The notes under the pieces are model-generated. The model did not search any database. It was given only the letters and a program-made list of their open reading frames with translations, and was not told the origin of the DNA. This document shows, in pieces, positions 53,540 to 56,780 of a stretch of DNA of 56,780 bases. The stretch lies in the NCBI GenBank assembly GCA_001775715.1, contig MEYC01000003.1, positions 3,999 to 60,778 of the forward strand, read 5' to 3'. This stretch comes from Candidatus Aminicenantes bacterium RBG_16_66_30. GTDB taxonomy: Bacteria > Acidobacteriota > Aminicenantia > Aminicenantales > Saccharicenantaceae. The translations under genes were made by a program, and so were the position numbers. Within the stretch, counting starts at the first letter, position 1, and every line of letters begins with the position of its first letter.

Positions 53540-55495
53540 GTGAGGAAGGCCCTGCGCTCCAACCCCAGGCTCGTGTTCTGGGGACTTCTCGCATCCGGCC
53601 TCGCGCTCGCCCTCGGCCTCTCCCCCGTCCTGGCCCAGCAAACGGCCGAGGACCAGAAAGCCAAGACAGAGAAGCAGAAGCAGGTCAAGATCACCGAGGA
53701 GATCCTGGTCGTCGGCAAGGCCCCCAAGGACGTGCCCCTGGCCACGGTCTCGACGGTCGTCGCAACCGAGATCGAGCGGCTCAAGCCGCGCGACCTCTCC
53801 GACGTCATCAAGCTCATCCCCGGGTCCATGGTCACGTTCGGCGACAAGGACACCTACAACCTGAAGCTCCGGGGGATCGGCAACAACCGCATCGCCCTCC
53901 TCGTCGACGGCGTCCCGGTCTACGAACCCTATTTCAGCTCCTTCGACCTCAAGACGGTCTCGGCCGGAGGGATCGATACGATCCAGGTGACGAAGGGACC
54001 GTCCTCCGTCCTCTACGGCCCGAACACGCTGGGCGGCATCGTCAACGTCATCACCAAGCGGCCGGCCGAGCGGCCCAGCTTGTCCCTCTCGGGAAGCACC
54101 GGCAACGCGGACACGTACGGGCTGGGCGTGGACGGGTCCTACAGCTGGGACCGGTTCTCGCTCGCCGCCAACGTCCTCTATCAGGACTCGGGCGGCTTCT
54201 ATTATCCCGACCCGGCAATGAATCGGACCCTGCGGGCCAACAGCGACTTCGAGCGCCTCAATCTCAACGCCAAGCTCTATTACGCGCCGTCGAGCTCGAC
54301 GGAGATCATGGTCAACGGCGGGATCTATCAGTCGGAATACGGCATGCCCCCGGCCCTCTTCACCCAGAGAGCCCGCTACTGGCGCTTCCCCAAGTGGGAC
54401 CGGTCGACTCTCAACGCGGGCGGATTCACCTCGCTCGGCGGCGACGCGGTCCTGCGTTTCCGCGCCTTTTACGTCAATTACTATAACACTCTCGACTGGT
54501 TCGCCGATCCGGAGATGACCGAGCTCGACTCCCAGAGCACCTATAACAACGACGTCTACGGCGGGTTCGCTCTGGCCGACGTCCCGACCGACGAGCGGAA
54601 CACGCTCAAGGCCTCCCTGCTCTATCAGAAGGACGTCGCCCGGATCCAGGACAACGCTGGCCTTCCCTGGGACCGGTTCGATCAAGGGACCTGGTCGGCC
54701 GGCCTCGAGGACCATCTCGCCATCACCGACCAATGGAAGATCATCGGCGGACTGAGCTTGGATTACATCGACAAGTACGCGCCCGGCGAGAACAACACGT
54801 CGCTCAATCCCCTCGTCGGGGTCAAGTTCACCCCCAGCGAGGAGCTGGATTTCCACATCTCCTTCGCCCGCAAGTCCCGCTTCCCGTCCATGCGCGCCTT
54901 ATATTCGGAGTCCTCCGGCAATCCCGATCTCCTCGGCGAGTCCGGGACGAGCTTCGAGCTCGCCACGACCTGGAGCGGGCCGTTCTATGTCGCCGGATCG
55001 GTCTTCTTCAACCGGTTCAAGGACTTCATCGACACGGTCCGGCTGCCGGACGGGACGCGCCGATATATCAACGTCGGCAAGGCCCACATTAACGGCTTCG
55101 AGGTCCAGGTCCAGAAGAGCCTCCCCTGGCTGGCGGCGACGGCGAACTACACCACCCTCGACCACCGCAACGACGTCGACGACCGGCCGCTCGACGCCCA
55201 GCCCAACCACAACCTCAACTTCGACCTCGCGTTCTTCCCTGCGGAGGGTCTCCGGATCGGCTACTACGGGCTCCTGGGCTCGAAGTCCTCATGGTGGAAC
55301 TCCAGCACGAGCGAGGTCCTCGACATCCCCTCGCATTTCAGCCTGGATATCCTCTTCGGATACACTTTCAGGGAGCACTACGAGATCTTCGTCAGGCTCG
55401 GGAACATCTTCAACGACTACTTCTACACCGAGCCGGGCTTCCCCTGGCGGGGGCAGTATTTCGAGGTCGGCGTCAGGCTGGATGTCTTGAAATAA
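53540..55495 (+). CDS. TonB-dependent outer-membrane receptor
   Basis: Signal peptide; plug-domain motifs (IPGSMV, LRGIGNNRIALLVDGVPV, IQVTKGPSSVLYGPNTLGGIVNVITK); C-terminal beta-barrel with alternating aromatic pattern. Confidence 0.9.
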   Translation: MRKALRSNPRLVFWGLLASGLALALGLSPVLAQQTAEDQKAKTEKQKQVKITEEILVVGKAPKDVPLATVSTVVATEIERLKPRDLSDVIKLIPGSMVTFGDKDTYNLKLRGIGNNRIALLVDGVPVYEPYFSSFDLKTVSAGGIDTIQVTKGPSSVLYGPNTLGGIVNVITKRPAERPSLSLSGSTGNADTYGLGVDGSYSWDRFSLAANVLYQDSGGFYYPDPAMNRTLRANSDFERLNLNAKLYYAPSSSTEIMVNGGIYQSEYGMPPALFTQRARYWRFPKWDRSTLNAGGFTSLGGDAVLRFRAFYVNYYNTLDWFADPEMTELDSQSTYNNDVYGGFALADVPTDERNTLKASLLYQKDVARIQDNAGLPWDRFDQGTWSAGLEDHLAITDQWKIIGGLSLDYIDKYAPGENNTSLNPLVGVKFTPSEELDFHISFARKSRFPSMRALYSESSGNPDLLGESGTSFELATTWSGPFYVAGSVFFNRFKDFIDTVRLPDGTRRYINVGKAHINGFEVQVQKSLPWLAATANYTTLDHRNDVDDRPLDAQPNHNLNFDLAFFPAEGLRIGYYGLLGSKSSWWNSSTSEVLDIPSHFSLDILFGYTFREHYEIFVRLGNIFNDYFYTEPGFPWRGQYFEVGVRLDVLK

Positions 55496-55538
55496 AAAAA
55501 ACGGGGACATGTACCGGCGGTACGTGTCCCCGTTTTTT
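55494..55538. terminator. bidirectional intrinsic terminator built from the short GGGGACAYGTACC hairpin
   Basis: AAAAAAAA-ACGGGGACATGTACC-GGC-GGTACGTGTCCCCGT-TTTTT: a 15-bp stem flanked by an A-run and a T-run, between the convergent TonB-receptor and HD-domain genes. Confidence 0.85.
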
Positions 55539-56088
55539 ACAGTCCCAGGTCCGCGTCGATGCCCTGCATCGCCCCGATGGCGATCGACAGGAACTCGTCG
55601 AGCCCGAGGCCGAGGTTCTTCGATTCTTCGATCTCCTCGCGGCGGGCGCCCCGGGCGAAGCTCTTTTCCTTGTAGCGGCGCTTGAGGAACTCGAGGTCGA
55701 TCGATCTCAGCTTCTTGTCCGGGTGCATCAGGGTCGCGGAGATGATCAGGCCGGTCAGCGGGTCCACCGCGTAGATGGCCCAGTCCATGGGCGATTCGCA
55801 AGGCGCCTTGCCGGCGTGGGCCTGGACGGCGTGGATGACGGGCTCGGCGATGCCCTTTTCCCGGAGGACCTTGACCGTCTCGGTCGTATGGAGCTCGGGG
55901 CTCTTGTCCGTCACTTCATAGTCGAGGTCGTGGAGGATGCCGGCCAGGCCCCAGGGCTCGGGGTCGTGACCGAGGCGGACGGCCAGGGCCCGCATGCAGG
56001 CTTCGACAGACAGGCAGTGCTTGATCAGGTTCTTGTTCTTGAGATGCTGCTTGAGCAGTTCGAGGGCTTCGTCGCGGGTCATCGGCAT
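55537..56088 (-). CDS. HD-domain metal-dependent phosphohydrolase
   Basis: H...HD motif (KHCLSVEACMRALA...GILHDLDYE), and a later HAVQAH. Confidence 0.8.
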   Translation of the reverse strand: MPMTRDEALELLKQHLKNKNLIKHCLSVEACMRALAVRLGHDPEPWGLAGILHDLDYEVTDKSPELHTTETVKVLREKGIAEPVIHAVQAHAGKAPCESPMDWAIYAVDPLTGLIISATLMHPDKKLRSIDLEFLKRRYKEKSFARGARREEIEESKNLGLGLDEFLSIAIGAMQGIDADLGL

Positions 56089-56111
56089 TCTCCTTTCCGG
56101 AAGACGGGATT

Positions 56112-56780
56112 CTACGTTTTTCGAGCGCGATTGGCAACCGGCCCCGGGGGCGGCGTCTTCCGGCCCTTCACGGCCTTTAAGGCCACAAAGCCGCCCTGGC
56201 CGAAGCCGGTCCTCGGCCGCTCCACGCGCGGGAGGTCTGGCGGCGGGGCGAACAGGGTCTGCCAGGAGGCCTCGAAACCCAGTCCTACGCTCTCGAGGAC
56301 GGAGATGAGATCGGCGGGGGAAGGGGGGTGAAAATGGTCCCGGACCGTGGAGCTCCGGCGGAAGTACCGACCCCAGGCGCTAGCCTTGTCCATGAAGCCC
56401 ACGACGATGGTGCCGCCGCTCCGGAGGACCCTCGCCGCCTCCCCGAGAAAGCCGCCGGCGTCGTCGACGAATTCGATGACGAATACGATCAGGACGAGAT
56501 CGAAGCTGGCGGACTTGAAGGGTAGGGCCTCGCCGAAACCCTGGACAACCCGGATCCCCCTGCCCTTGGCCAGACCGAGCATGCCCGGGGACGGGTCCAG
56601 CCCGTAACGGACCGAGAGTGGAGCAGCGAACCTGCCTGTCCCGACTCCGACCTCGAGCCCCCGGCCCCGCCGCGGGACGGCTTTCTGGAGGGCGGCCAGC
56701 TCCGTCCGGTAAAGGGCCGGATGGGCGTCGTACCAAGCGTCGTAGGAGGCCGCGGTCCGCTGAAAGTGATCGACGAGGTC
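56112..56780 (-). CDS. class I SAM-dependent methyltransferase (5' end outside window)
   Basis: My own translation upstream of the track ORF continues in frame: ...LEVGVGTGRFAAPLSVRYGLDPSPGMLGLAKGRG (motif I E.G.G.G); FDLVLIVFVIEFV (motif II) and LRSGGTIVV (motif III) lie downstream within the track ORF. No start codon before the window edge. Confidence 0.7.
   Translation of the reverse strand, partial: DLVDHFQRTAASYDAWYDAHPALYRTELAALQKAVPRRGRGLEVGVGTGRFAAPLSVRYGLDPSPGMLGLAKGRGIRVVQGFGEALPFKSASFDLVLIVFVIEFVDDAGGFLGEAARVLRSGGTIVVGFMDKASAWGRYFRRSSTVRDHFHPPSPADLISVLESVGLGFEASWQTLFAPPPDLPRVERPRTGFGQGGFVALKAVKGRKTPPPGPVANRARKT

Noticed and set aside
52040-54856. 938-aa minus-strand ORF and the 722-aa plus-strand ORF (52318..54486) across the permease and TonB-receptor genes
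   Set aside because: Both overlap well-supported genes in other frames. They are Arg/Gly/Asp/Pro-rich and low in complexity, with no recognisable domains.

Overview
GC-rich (about 65% by eye) chromosomal segment from an unidentified bacterium. Gene content suggests an anaerobic or facultative lifestyle: tungsten-type aldehyde:ferredoxin oxidoreductase, four-subunit 2-oxoacid:ferredoxin oxidoreductase and FeoAB. I support about 50 protein genes packed on both strands, many with overlapping stop/start codons, plus two tRNAs (Leu-CAA, Gly-CCC). I found no rRNA, CRISPR array, transposase, integrase, phage gene or recognisable defence system. Housekeeping content includes uvrB/uvrC, secA, guaB, panB/panC, trmH, an HtrA protease, a lipoate-ligase-family gene, feoAB, an M28 peptidase, an APC permease and a TonB-dependent receptor. 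Notable blocks: (i) an ~8.5-kb cyclic beta-1,2-glucan synthase-type gene that is the only cargo of a 9-kb segment bounded by 57-bp direct repeats of the tRNA-Leu 3' half; (ii) two head-to-head ECF sigma/anti-sigma modules (HtrA on one side, LiaF/DUF4097-like envelope proteins on the other); (iii) a translationally coupled 7.6-kb gene string joining sdhCAB, a Rieske/cytochrome b pair with no cytochrome c gene, and korDAB plus a GNAT::gamma-subunit fusion; (iv) an AOR / MoaD-like / ALDH / ThiF-like / MobB cluster. Sequence-level oddities: a perfect in-frame 183-bp tandem duplication in the GIY-YIG region of uvrC; a 94-nt non-coding module present twice (88/94 identical); a family of GGGGACAYGTAC palindromic elements at four intergenic sites; a 53-bp near-perfect palindrome between tRNA-Gly and the next gene; and a short ppnP-like gene relic. 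Most long alternative-frame and antisense ORFs in the track are high-GC artefacts. All homology statements come from motif recognition by eye, not from database searches.
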